A stretch of DNA of 62,877 nt, the filler included, from Octopus bimaculoides (Eukaryota): the NCBI RefSeq assembly GCF_001194135.2. It is 4 parts of 3 records of this genome, joined end to end, with 100 filler letters (N's around TTAATTAATTAA, not from the genome) between each part and the next. Parts side by side here need not be neighbours in the genome. Positions count along the whole stretch, not along the records: positions 17,647 to 24,757 come from NC_068985.1; positions 24,858 to 55,970 come from NC_069001.1; 2 more parts are not named here. The stretch is one strand, 5' to 3'. Positions within the stretch are counted from its first letter, which is position 1; each line of letters starts with the position of its first letter. Shown here piece after piece: positions 23,570-35,429 of the stretch. Below the pieces are notes generated by a model. That model was not told where the DNA came from and ran no database searches. It was given only the letters and a program-made list of their open reading frames with translations. A program made the translations under genes and the position numbers.

Positions 23570-24195
23570 ATCAACTATTTCATAGTATTTATGGGTATCT
23601 GACCACTTTTTTTCTCTTTTGGTTGGTTTACAGCGTTTATTTCTTTAATGAACTCCTCCTATGGACATGTGCTGATGTTACTTCCATAGTTATAATTATT
23701 GTTGATTCAGCAGCGAGAAGAAACAGTAATGTGCATATATACATCTTGTATAAATATGAATGTGTATGTAATTAAAATTAAAAATTAAAAATTGTGTTCA
23801 CACGTTTGAAGTTTTGTATAGAAATATTGCAGTGTTAACATTTCTACGCATATGTTGCTATTGTTCATTTCCATGAGATGTCTTACATAATTTCTTTCAT
23901 TGCTTTTGCGGATTCTTAATTCCAGTCTCGTCATGATTTCAGATTTGATCAACCTTCCCAGCAGCTCGCAGTGATACGTCCATGCAGTTCGCTTTCGATG
24001 CAGTATTCTGCTAAATCATAAATCAACTATTTCATAGTATGATGGTTATCTATCCACTGTTCTTTCTATTTTGGTTGGTTTTATTATGGGTTCCTCTTTA
24101 CAGCGTTTAATTTTTGACTGGACATTTGTTGACGTTTCTGTTGTATTTATAATTATTATTGATGTATTAGCAAAAGGCCGAGAAGAAACAGCAAT
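23570..24195. repeat. Diverged direct repeat (about 160 bp units at 23570 and 24023)
   Basis: Both start ATCAACTATTTCATAGTAT, share TTTTGGTTGGTTT, TACAGCGTTTA and ATAATTATT, and end CGAGAAGAAACAG. Confidence 0.7.
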
Positions 24196-24718
24196 GGATG
24201 TATATGTTATTGTTATTAATTTCTCTATATTTATGATTTTATTTTCTAGATTTTCAGTAATAAATAAATTCTTATCATTTTATCAATTTTATTATTATTG
24301 TCATCCATAACCTTTTACATTTTGACTTTGTGTCCTTGTGACGTCACATTGAAAATTCAGCATTTATCGAAGATATTTATCTTAGATATACTTAAATAGA
24401 TATACTTAAATTATATTTGAAGATATTTTGGAATTTTGCATTAAGGAAGTCGTGTAAATAATTTATTTATTATTAAATATATAAAAATATAAATTAGTTA
24501 CATGTTTTATGTTACGAACCAACTTGCAAAATTTTAATTTTTCTCATTTCTAAGAATTTCCTCAAAATATTTCTCCATCATTTATGACATTATATATATA
24601 ATCACACCCATACACCCACGCACACTCACATACATACGTAGATACAACATACATACATACATACATATATATATACATATAGATGTGCTTATATATACAT
24701 ATATATATATGTATATGT

Positions 24719-24757
<39 letters not shown>

Positions 24758-25129
24758 NNNNNNNNNNNNNNNNNNNNNNNNNNNNNNNNNNNNNNNNNNN
24801 NTTAATTAATTAANNNNNNNNNNNNNNNNNNNNNNNNNNNNNNNNNNNNNNNNNNNNGCATAAATTGTCAAGTAAATGAGACGCATCTTTGCCTCCACTG
24901 ATTCACTTGCAAAGTGTTGAGTAAAATTATTTCGTTGCAGACCTCCTTTGGGTCTTTTTATTATCACTACGACACACATAGTCCCCAGTTGGTAACATTG
25001 ATTTCAAGGCCCTCCTAGATGAGAGACTGGCATTCCACTTAATGTCTATGTTCCATGCTGGCATGGATTGGAGAGTTATTAATGTAGAAATATGGTATCG
25101 TAGCTACTAACAGTTGAGGGTTGCGTAGT

Positions 25130-25194
25130 CTAGACGGCGTTTTTAGATTTCATTATTCTCTTTAATCCGGGCAAAGCCGGGTATTTCTGCTAGT
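25130..25194 (+). mobile_element. Helitron 3' terminus
   Basis: GC hairpin CCGGGCAAAGCCGGG followed by TATTTCTG-CTAG|T, the canonical Helitron 3' end. Confidence 0.7.
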
Positions 25195-25498
25195 AATATA
25201 TATATATGGTGTATCTCACTGAACTATATTAGAGTGTAAACGAAATATAATGCTGAGCTTGAATAATTATTCGTAAAAGTTAAATGTACAAATATATCTA
25301 CTGTTCAAAGGATAAGCGTTGCATATTTATTTGACAGACGATGACTAATGAATAAATACAAAAGATAGATGATTTACTACAGGTATGCTACTTTGTATTC
25401 TGGTGTTTCAGCATATCTCTAACGTATGTGAAATAACTACAAAGGTTGAATGAAAGCCGAACAATTTCAGTCTAATGAAAGGAATCTTATATTACTTC

Positions 25499-26027
25499 GT
25501 GGCTGTGTGGAAAGAAGCTGGATTCCAAGCCACATGATCGCAGGTTCAGTCCCGCTGCGTAGCATCTTGGACACATGTTTTCTTCTATAGCTTCGGGCCG
25601 ACTTGAGCCTTGTGAGTCGATTTTGTAGACAGAAATTTTAATAAGCCAGTCGTAACTATCTATCTATCTATATCTTTCTCTTTCTCTCTCCCTCTCAATC
25701 TTTCTCTCTCTCTCTCTCTGTATTTATATATCTACTTAAATGTCTTTCTGTCTGTCTGAATAGCTATCTATCTATCTGTCTGGCTGGCTGTCTGTCTGTC
25801 TGATTATATGTCGGTGCGTTTGTGTTTCTGTGTGTCTCTTGTGTCTGTGCATGTCCCCAGCACCACTTGGCAACCGGTGTTGGTGTTTATGTCCCCGTAA
25901 CATAGCACTTGGGCAAAAAGAATCGCATATAATAAGTATCAGGTTAAACAAAAATATAAGTACCAGGGTCGATTCACTCGAGTAAAAATTCCTTCAAGGC
26001 TTTGTTCCAGTATCGCCGCATCTAATG
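25499..26027 (+). mobile_element. SINE family A with expanded compound microsatellite
   Basis: Head GGCTGTGTGGAAAGAAGCTGG..GTTCAGTCCCGCTGCG; TATC/TC/GTCT tract; diverged 3' half CTTGGCAACCGGTGTTGGTGTTTATGTCCCCGTAAC. Confidence 0.8.
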
Positions 26028-26088
26028 GTAGGAGATGGCACCTCCTGGCTTTAGTGGTGTCACGAAATGAATGTGTGTCTGTACGCGC

Positions 26089-26145
<57 letters not shown>

Positions 26146-27202
26146 TGCATACTCAACCATATTTTTGAACACCGTCCACATTTTCTGCTTACCAGATACA
26201 ATCAAAAGCGAATTTTACTAAAATTCATCAATTTTCTAAATGTTACCATAACCGTGACCACCCAACTTGCACTGAAGAAAGATACGAGAGTGGAAAGCGA
26301 ACTTTCTAATCACAGAACCAACGTTGCGACAATCCATACCTTGCTTTCACTGGATGGTGATTATATATAAACATACGTCGCATCAGTTTCTAGTTTAACG
26401 ACTTATCGTACTGGAAATTTTCAAAGTTTGATTATACGTTTAGTCACAAGATAATCTTTCTTCTGTTATGTACCGTTTGCATAGTATTTTGATTTCCTGT
26501 TCTTGTTCTAATTGCACGGATTTAGTATTGCTGTTTCATCGACCTACGTAAATACATTCGTGGCCAAACCAGCGCCCGAATATTGATTCTTTCACTTTCA
26601 AATTCAATATATTAGTTTATTTTCTATTCAAACCTGTAATCATGCTTTTATTTCTTTAAGTCCTGGCTGCTTCGCTGCAAACTTTCTTTAATTTTTATTT
26701 TTTTTAGTTTTAGCTTCAGGACAAATTATAGTTTGACATAATCGTATTGCCTGACGGATAGAATACGCGGCGGGGACGGATTTAGACATCATTAAACCTA
26801 CAAAAGCCAATAATCCTTAACTCTTTCTTATCGATTCCCAATGAAGGCTACGCTCAAATTCAATACAGAGTCGTTTCACATATGAACGTCAGCGAAATGT
26901 CTATAGCAGCATGTTAGAAGGAATAAGACTGACTTTCCTAGGTAGCTGATAATAGCTTCCTATTGTATCAAAAATCATAGCTTATGCACTTGATCTATTA
27001 ATTCACTATTCTCATCCTTCATTTTGATTGCAAACATATACTAGTAGTAGAATCTATCTCTTCTATACTGTTGTCTGTTTTGACTGGATTAAAGTGCAGG
27101 CATGTAAAGGAACGCCTACAATATACCATGGCAAAATGGTTCATAAACATAATTAAGAAGTAAGAGGACAATGCTTTATTTAAGAAGAATGTTGATAATA
27201 AA

Positions 27203-27730
27203 CTTATAGTGGGAACGCCAGTCATAGGATTGCGGAATTTGGATCTACCATCACTTTGCAATGGGACACGCCTGGTGGTAAAGAATATCCAACATGTTAT
27301 TGAGGTCACCATCCACCATTCTCTTTGAATGTGGGAAAGGGGAGGTTGTTTTCATACCTAGAATCCTTCTCATTCGATTGGGAGCAAAAATTCGTTTTTC
27401 ATTCATAAGAGTGCAATTTCCTTTTCGTAGCAGCTTTGCAATATCTATCAAAATATCTGAGGGTCAAACATTGCCAGTGGTAGAGCTTCACTTGGAAGTG
27501 TGAAGCTTCTCATACGAGCAATTAAATGTTGACTGCTCTAGAGTTGGAAGCAAAAAAAAACGTCTATTTGCATTTGTTCCACAAGGGAAAACAAAAAAAA
27601 TGTTCTTCTACCAATGCACCCCAGTATTCACTGCTCTATGCGAATGGAGAAGATGGATACCATTTCGACATAACACCAACAAACCCGAAGACTCCATCAA
27701 CAAGGCAGTTTCCTGCATGGACGTCAGTGT
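27203..27730 (+). mobile_element. Helitron RepHel fragments (Pif1 helicase C-terminus plus an upstream-region piece)
   Basis: LIVGTPVIGLRNLDLPSLCNGTRLVVK, GKGEVVFIPRI, QFPFRSSFAISIKISEGQTL, FSYEQLNVDCSRVGS; then QYSLLYANGEDGYHF and KAVSCMD. Confidence 0.9.
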
Positions 27731-28254
27731 TAAAACATATTATCCAATTACTCCCACCAGCTACGCGGTAAGCCATTACACAATATTTTTTAAAGTAATT
27801 CATTACTACATATTCTCAGGTTACTGCATAAGCTCAGTTTAGGTTTCTAATTCTACAGCAACACCAGAAAAATCCAGTGACAACGCTTAGCCCTCTGCTA
27901 CATTTCAACAATCCACTTCCCCTCTGCTGCTTTCCGGAACGTCCATATTTACGTAAATACCTCCATCACACTTACATTCCTCGACTGTCAAGTATACGAT
28001 GGGTCGTGTTAAACGCACCACCGACCACCGCAAAGGAGAATATATCCACTGGCAGCTTTTCAGTCCGTTCAAAAATCACCCACACCCCACCCCCAATTTT
28101 CCATGACAGGTTAGGGCCTCGAATCCTCCAAACGCTTAGTCGAATTAGCTCATAATTTACTCCACAAATATTTTGTCGTCAATGGCGCTTTTCCCGTATC
28201 ACACGTTTCAACATAACTGTAATATATATATGCAAACTATACCATTTTATTCTC

Positions 28255-28282
28255 TAAAAATGCCGGGCATCTCTACCAGTGC
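28255..28282 (+). mobile_element. Possible degenerate Helitron 3' end
   Basis: ATGCCGGGCAT palindrome followed by CTACCAGT, about 550 bp downstream of the RepHel relic. Confidence 0.3.
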
Positions 28283-28734
28283 ATAATAAACAAAAGCGAT
28301 AATCAAGATAAGAACCGATCACCTTCACATAAACTTTCCGTATAGGTTATAATAATAAAATAGCAACAATATGTGGAACTGTAAATAAGTCTACCAAGAT
28401 ATATAACCTCAGCAGTGAATTCTGAAATGGGACCAGCTTCAATTGATGCGCAATGCTACTTGTATTTTCTACAGCCATGCCATAAATATATCGGTAAATA
28501 TGTATATACCAAAGATTCTGGATGAGGCGGATAATTTATGTAATACTAAAATTTTCAGTGAATCATCGAACTCCTTTCGGAGTAGGGAAATTATTTGATG
28601 TGTCTGTAATGAAAAGAAAAAAAAAACCTGTGAAGTATCAGATTGATGAATATTTAGAGCGAAGCGATATGGTGTGTAACTGTGTGATGGAAGTTGCTAA
28701 TTTTATAACAATTCTGCTGGAAATTGCGTGACCT

Positions 28735-29400
28735 TAGCCTGAGGGTGACGCTTTCACGTGATTAGAGAATAAAGAGGAGAAAAAAAGAGGGAAAAAGAAA
28801 AAGGGAAAAAAGGGAAGTGTCCCTGACACGATGTAGAAGGATTGTTAATGTGACGCTTTAACGTGATTAGTTGAAGGAAAAGAGATGCGGAAGAAGAAAG
28901 AGAAAAAATAGAGGATTAGAAGGAGAGTGACAGAGAAAGAGGGGAAAATAAAGAAGTGAGACATAGAGAAAGTCACGGTGGGAGAAAAGAGAGAGAGAGA
29001 GAAGCGACCATGATGTGAAGCCGGGGGAACGTAATGATTTTAGCAGGCGGATGATGTTATGATGGTGAGCTTAAAGAAATGCAGATAGAGATGGAAGGGC
29101 TAGAAAAAGGAGGGAAAGAAAGAGGGGAGACAGAGGAGTAGTGTATGAGGAATACAGACACAATATTTTTATTGAATAAAGTTTTCCGAAATAACCCAAT
29201 AAGGTTTACCATTAATTCCGTGAAATATTCGTAGGTCCCGCCAGTAGGAATAAGTAGTCTCCCCTTGACCGCAAATTCACCAAAATTTCCAAATTCCATA
29301 CTTGAATATAGCTTTAATCTAGAGATCTACGATATTGAATTTACCTTAGAATCTTTCGAGTTCAACTAAGTTATACCAGACGCAGGACAAACTTAGTGCT
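28735..29400. repeat. Unclassified purine-rich repeat with a duplicated GTGACGCTTT.ACGTGATTAG motif
   Basis: 21-nt motif at about 28746 and 28851 within GA-rich sequence. Confidence 0.35.
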
Positions 29401-29461
29401 TGCGTGAATGGTACAATGACGTCTCACGTTGTACACAATATTTTTTCGATTAATCTTTTAT

Positions 29462-29716
29462 ATGTTTCAGTCATTTGACTGCAGCCATGCTGGAGCACCG
29501 CCTTTTAGTCGAACTAAACGGTCCCAGGAATTATTCTATTAGTTCTTTAACCGAACCGCTTCTTTCAGTTTCGGTCTACTAAATCCAATCACAAGGCTTT
29601 GGTCGGTCAGAGACTATAGCAGACGACACTTCAACAAGTTTCCACGTAGTGGAAATGAACCTGGAACCATGTGGTTGGGAACCAAGCTTCTTATCACACA
29701 ACCACGCCTGCGCCTA
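29462..29716 (-). mobile_element. SINE family A, internally deleted (no microsatellite)
   Basis: Tail TTTCAGTCATTTGACTGCAGCCATGCTGGAGCACC joined almost directly to the head half TCTTTCAGTTTCGGTCTAC..GAACCATGTGGTTGGG. Confidence 0.85.
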
Positions 29717-30272
29717 TATTCAACAATATTCCATATATCCAGCGGATATCTGCTCTCCTTAGTGAGTTGTATTGATTTTTATAAAGACGAAACATTTTTG
29801 TTATAAAACTCAAAATACCAAAAATGGCGAATATTCATAAATATAGAAAGGAAGTATATAATAGTATTTAATTATTTAAACGTTTTGGAAATGATCATTT
29901 GAAAATGACAAAATAAGTTTAAAATTCTGTATTCTCTTCTAATCTTATGCGAATTTGACCAATCGCGGATTGCCTAAGGTGGCGCTCAAATTATTATTGC
30001 ACACAAAAATTCCGTCTCTTACTATTGAAGTAAGAGTTGCTATCAGCAGACAAATAAGCTGAAGACAAACATTACCAATAATCTATATTTAAGTACCTAA
30101 CTTCATTGGTAGATTTTGGAGAAAAAAAAAAGACACACAATGCAATCAACAGAACCAATACATCGTCTATAGCCTTTGGACTGCTACCATTATTGAAGAC
30201 GTTAATGCATTTGATAATCAAACCTATATACACATGTATATATACATGCATACATATATATGTATATGTATG

Positions 30273-30308
<36 letters not shown>

Positions 30309-31120
30309 TGTATATATGTATATACATATATAAACATACGTGTGTCTAATATATGTACATATATATATACATACATATGTGTGTGTCCATATATATGTAC
30401 ATATGTATATATGTTTATATATTTATAGCCGTATGTGTGTATATATATACATATTTACATATATATTTATGTATATATGCTTGTATATATATATATATAT
30501 GTATATATATATACATACATATTGNNNNNNNNNNNNNNNNNNNNNNNNNNNNNNNNNNNNNNNNNNNNNNNNNNNNNNNNNNNNNNNNNNNNNNNNNNNN
30601 NNNNNNNNNNNNNNNNNNNNNNNNNNNNNNNNNNNNNNNNNNNNNNNNNNNNNNNNNNNNNNNNNNNNNNNNNNNNNNNNNNNNNNNNNNNNNNNNNNNN
30701 NNNNNNNNNNNNNNNNNNNNNNNNNNNNNNNNNNNNNNNNNNNNNNNNNNNNNNNNNNNNNNNNNNNNNNNNNNNNNNNNNNNNNNNNNNNNNNNNNNNN
30801 NNNNNNNNNNNNNNNNNNNNNNNNNNNNNNNNNNNNNNNNNNNNNNNNNNNNNNNNNNNNNNNNNNNNNNNNNNNNNNNNNNNNNNNNNNNNNNNNNNNN
30901 NNNNNNNNNNNNNNNNNNNNNNNNNNNNNNNNNNNNNNNNNNNNNNNNNNNNNNNNNNNNNNNNNNNNNNNNNNNNNNNNNNNNCACTTCCTTTCACTCT
31001 GTTTTATTTGTGCATAAAATAAATAAAGCTATGAATCTTCAAATCTTACGTACCATTCTTCTTCATTTAGAAAGACCGGAGAAGTTACACCACGTGAAAT
31101 AATCGACGAATTAAGTGCAA

Positions 31121-31155
<35 letters not shown>

Positions 31156-31484
31156 AAGCGAGTCAGATACATAGATAAATAAATGCGAGTATGAAATTGT
31201 GTGTCTTTTTCCAACTACATACTTACAATTCCCTCGTTACTCCACCTCCTCCTCTCTCTCTTCCTTTACCTGTGTCTCTGTGTCTGAATATACATACACA
31301 CACACACACACACACACACGTATTCATATATACATGCATGCATGCATACATACATACATACATGTATATATATATAAATTCAATAATAGGATGAATTCTT
31401 TTACAAGAATTTATCAAGTAGCTAGCGTGAAAAAACCTCATAAGGGAAAAACATCCATCATTTATTGCTCCAAATATATTTATT

Positions 31485-31588
31485 TATATAAGGGCATTAC
31501 TATACAAGAATACCTCACGCTATGAGGGACTCTGACCTTAGAGTCCCTCATAGCGTGAGGCATTCTTGTGTAGTAATGCCCTTATATA
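31485..31588. repeat. Near-perfect 104-bp palindrome (probable MITE or foldback element)
   Basis: Arms 31485-31533 and 31540-31588 (49 bp, 2 mismatches), loop GACCTT, TA-rich ends. Confidence 0.9.
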
Positions 31589-32259
31589 TANNNNNNNNNN
31601 NNNNNNNNNNNNNNNNNNNNNNNNNNNNNNNNNNNNNNNNNNNNNNNNNNNNNNNNNNNNNNNNNNNNNNNNNNNNNNNNNNNNNNNNNNNNNNNNNNNN
31701 NNNNNNNNNNNNNNNNNNNNNNNNNNNNNNNNNNNNNNATATATATATATATATATATATATAGGTTAGTAAAACGAATGGTTTATACTTGGTAGCTTAC
31801 TGGTAAAACTTGGTCACTTTCGCACTTTCACAGTGATCGTTATGCATATGGTAAATGAAAGGCGGCATGCTCCTGAACCAGTTGTCGAGTGTCCCACCCG
31901 TGATGGATCGATGCTAGATGTGTCGAAACAATTATCGTGATCAATATTAAATCCCTGTATATTCCATCTCCCGTCTTTCACTTGCCATGTACGATAATCT
32001 TCGATAATGTAGCCAACTCATAGATAATTGGATTTCTTAGGATTTACGGCTCGCAGTGGAACGTCCGGAGATTAAATGATCGCAGACTCTTTTTTTATTC
32101 CTCCCTTCCAATTCTGTTAGCCAGGTTTTTCGCATTCTGTGCTAACTCAGGCATTTACTTGCATTTCTATAAGCACTATTTTCTATATGTCATCCTTGTG
32201 GTAAGAACTATCCTTAGCTATCACACTCAATGGATCCTCGGTGAAATCTAAACAATCCA

Positions 32260-32345
32260 GTCACATCTATTTGCCCAAGATGCATCGCATTGGGATATAT
32301 CTCCGAACCAAATGGCTGGGAAGCAAACCCCGAGCCCCGAATGCG
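32260..32345 (-). mobile_element. Degenerate SINE A-like head
   Basis: Reverse complement TTTGCTTCCCAGCCATTTGGTTCGG..CCCAATGCGATGCATCTTGGGCAAAT. Confidence 0.45.
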
Positions 32346-32384
32346 ACATGTATATGAATCTGAGTGTATATGTGAATGTGCGTG

Positions 32385-32386
<2 letters not shown>

Positions 32387-32460
<74 letters not shown>
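32387..32460 (+). repeat. (TG)n microsatellite
   Basis: About 37 TG units. Confidence 0.95.
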
Positions 32461-32464
<4 letters not shown>

Positions 32465-32711
32465 AAGTACATACTCTGACAGGAATCTTTAGTTATTACA
32501 AAAATCAGAGAATTTAAGACGTTTTATTATATTGTTGTGGCATTTTACTTTACGATGATAATCTGGCATCTTCATGATCTTAAAATGAAATGTGTCTGGG
32601 GATCCGCGTTATGATCATAAAAAAATGTAGTTTGTTGTTAGTTGTTTGCTTTTCGTAATTTAATTATTTAATAATAATATTTTAGTTGTTTAATAGATTG
32701 TTCCTTACAAA

Positions 32712-33035
32712 CGCTGGTGTGGCTGTCTGTTACAAAGCCTGCTTCTCAACTACACGGTTTCGGGTTCAGTCCTACTGTGTGGAACCTTGGGCAGGTGTCT
32801 TCTACAATCACAAAAGGCTGACCAAAGCGTTGTGAGTGGATTTGGTAAACGGAAGCTGGATGAAGCCCGCTGTATGTATGCATGCGTGTATATGTGTGTG
32901 TACGTATCTGTAACTGTGCGTCTGTTCATGTATGTGTCTTTCTGTCTGCTTTTGCGCTCCCCACCCGCCTCTTGACAACTGATGTTTGAGTGTTTGCTTC
33001 CCCGTAACTAAGCGGTTGGCAAAAGTAGCCGACAG
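32712..33035 (+). mobile_element. SINE family A, 3'-truncated
   Basis: Head GCCTGCTTCTCAACTACACGGTTTCGGGTTCAGTCC..CCTTGGGCAGGTGTCTTC; degenerate microsatellite; CTTGACAACTGATG..CCCCGTAACTAAGCGGTT. Confidence 0.8.
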
Positions 33036-33226
33036 GGTTAGTGTTTTACAATTGCATGCAGGGGCCTTATTCTTGCTGCCTTGAGGATGGCTTAATTTGT
33101 CACTCTGTCTCGATCAGTGATTCTTAGGAACTTTCTGAGGCACAGCTGATGAAATACGTAGAGTTCGTGGGGAAAATTTGCTGTCATCTTCGAGAACTTA
33201 GCTGCGTACAACATGCTCTTTATTTT

Positions 33227-33524
33227 ACATTATTTACATTTGACGGATATTTGTCCTCACATAGCCTTCATCAGGTGTCGATTCCAAGCAGAGACCTGAA
33301 TAATAATAATAATTATTATAATTATTGTTATTATTATTTTTATTATTATTATCATTATTATAACATCGAAAAATAACTTAGGGATGAGAACCCAGGTTTA
33401 AATTGCCCCAAAACATCTGATGAAGGCTGGAGGGTATATCAGCCGAAACAACAAATAAGATGAGGACAAATATCCGCTTAAATGTAAGTAATTTACATAA
33501 TTTCTCATCTCTTAAGTATAGAAC
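33227..33524 (+). mobile_element. Stand-alone pseudo-LTR/hammerhead unit (family E) with an inverted 3' fragment on its 5' side
   Basis: Plus part from 33277: TCGATTCC..GACCTGAAT(AAT)n..AAAATAACTTAGGGATGAGAACCCAGG..CTGATGAAGGCTG..CAGCCGAAAC; 33227-33279 is an inverted copy of the tail; homologous to the PLE arms at 21556 and 22513. Confidence 0.85.
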
Positions 33525-34398
33525 AATTTATTTTAGTTTCCATACTGAATACTTTTTTTCAAAAGTTATTCAAAGCGCACTGAGTGTTTTAATCCTCTGA
33601 CTCATATATTGAGCGACACTTGACTGTTATTTCTAGCATTTCAGTTGGCACGACTTTGTCAAAGAACGTTCGTACCTTTGGACAAGCAACGTATGACACT
33701 GAAACATGGTGTGTCAAATCTTCTTGCACTGGAAAGATATCAAACGCTTCAGTAGCATGCAATTTTGAACTTGTATTTTCCCGCGAGTAAAATGTACATC
33801 GCAAATTTATCGCGTATCTTCTCCAGAGGTAAAATTCTAATTTTCTCGAATCAATGACTCAGACATCGGATAAGCTGCAACTGTCTGTACACTTCCATGA
33901 AAATAATAGATAGAAACGATATTGAATTTGAGAGGCAAATGAAGAGAGGAGAAAGATAGGATGAGAGACTTTGCTCCAAATATTTTCTGTAATTCGCAGA
34001 AACACAAAAAGGTAATATTAACGTCTGTGAAAAATTGTAATTAGCTATGAGTTAAAACTAATTTGACAGGAACGAAAATGTGAATAGTAATTTTAGGATT
34101 GTTATAACGGAAAAGAAAAACCAAGATTAAGTGGAAATACGTAGAAAGGGTTGATAGAGAAAGAGAACCAGACGGAGAAAGAGAGACAGACAGAGAGGGA
34201 GAGAGTGAGAGAAGGAGATGGAGGAATACAGATTGGTGTAATGGGATTGAAATAGGAATGTGCTCATACCATTTGAGCTTATTCGAATTGTAGCATACAG
34301 GAATCGAATTAGAATATTAATTGCAAGGAAGTCGGACATAAATTCAAATTGAGGAAATTTTTATTGAGCTCCTAAAGTTGTAGAAAGAGCAAATTGGA

Positions 34399-34439
<41 letters not shown>

Positions 34440-34644
34440 GAATATAGAGACTACGAGTAGGAAAGAGGATACAGTAAATATAATGAGGTTGAATGGGAAA
34501 TATAAACGGAAGTGTATAAATATCAAGCGTAAGTCTGTGAGAGCAGGACGTTATGATTGAGAGACAATTAGAGATCAATAAATTACACAAAGATTATAAT
34601 TGGTTTGAGTTCAAGTCTGGGGAAATGGGAGCATAAAGGAGTAT

Positions 34645-34693
<49 letters not shown>

Positions 34694-35397
34694 CTGTAAT
34701 ATACAAATGCTCGTGGTGAAAATTTTTGCTTATCGTCTAGCGTAGACAAAGCTCGTAAAGATAACACAAAGTAGAGAATAAACGATCAATAAAGTTTATT
34801 AATCAATATATCAAATGCATATTGTCCCGTATCGAAATCAGAAATTCCGATAAGATGACGGATGTTATACATCCTCAGTATATGGTAAATAAGTTTGCTT
34901 CTTGTGTGATAATTAAATTTGGTACAGAAAGGTCTGAAATAGGTAGCTATGTACTATACGTTTTTCAAAAGGTGCCTATTAGGTGACTTTAAGCTGCTAC
35001 CTAGTTATTCAATGCAATTTTCTCACATTTTCATTAGGTAATTGCCACATTTAACTCAACTGAATTTGCTATTAAAAACTGGAATAAATTTCAACAGTAG
35101 AAGGGGAAGTGGAAATTGTATTTGGTCAAGAAGACAATCGTTCGCCTCCTCTGCGGGAAATGCGTTTAGATGTAGAATGGGGTACGGTTTAAAATGGTCA
35201 GTGTGTAAATAAGTTTATTGAGTGTCTTTGTTGAGATTTAGGTGATAAGGAGTTTCCCTATATGGTTGTGTACACACACACACACACATAAGCACACACA
35301 CACACACATAAACACACACACATAAACATACACACCTACACTCACACACCCACACACACATGCATATATATATATGTGTGTGTATGTGTGTGTGGGT

Positions 35398-35429
<32 letters not shown>

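Noticed and set aside
33600-33790. YDTETW peptide resembling RTE YGSETW
   Set aside because: A single short motif; too little similarity to call.
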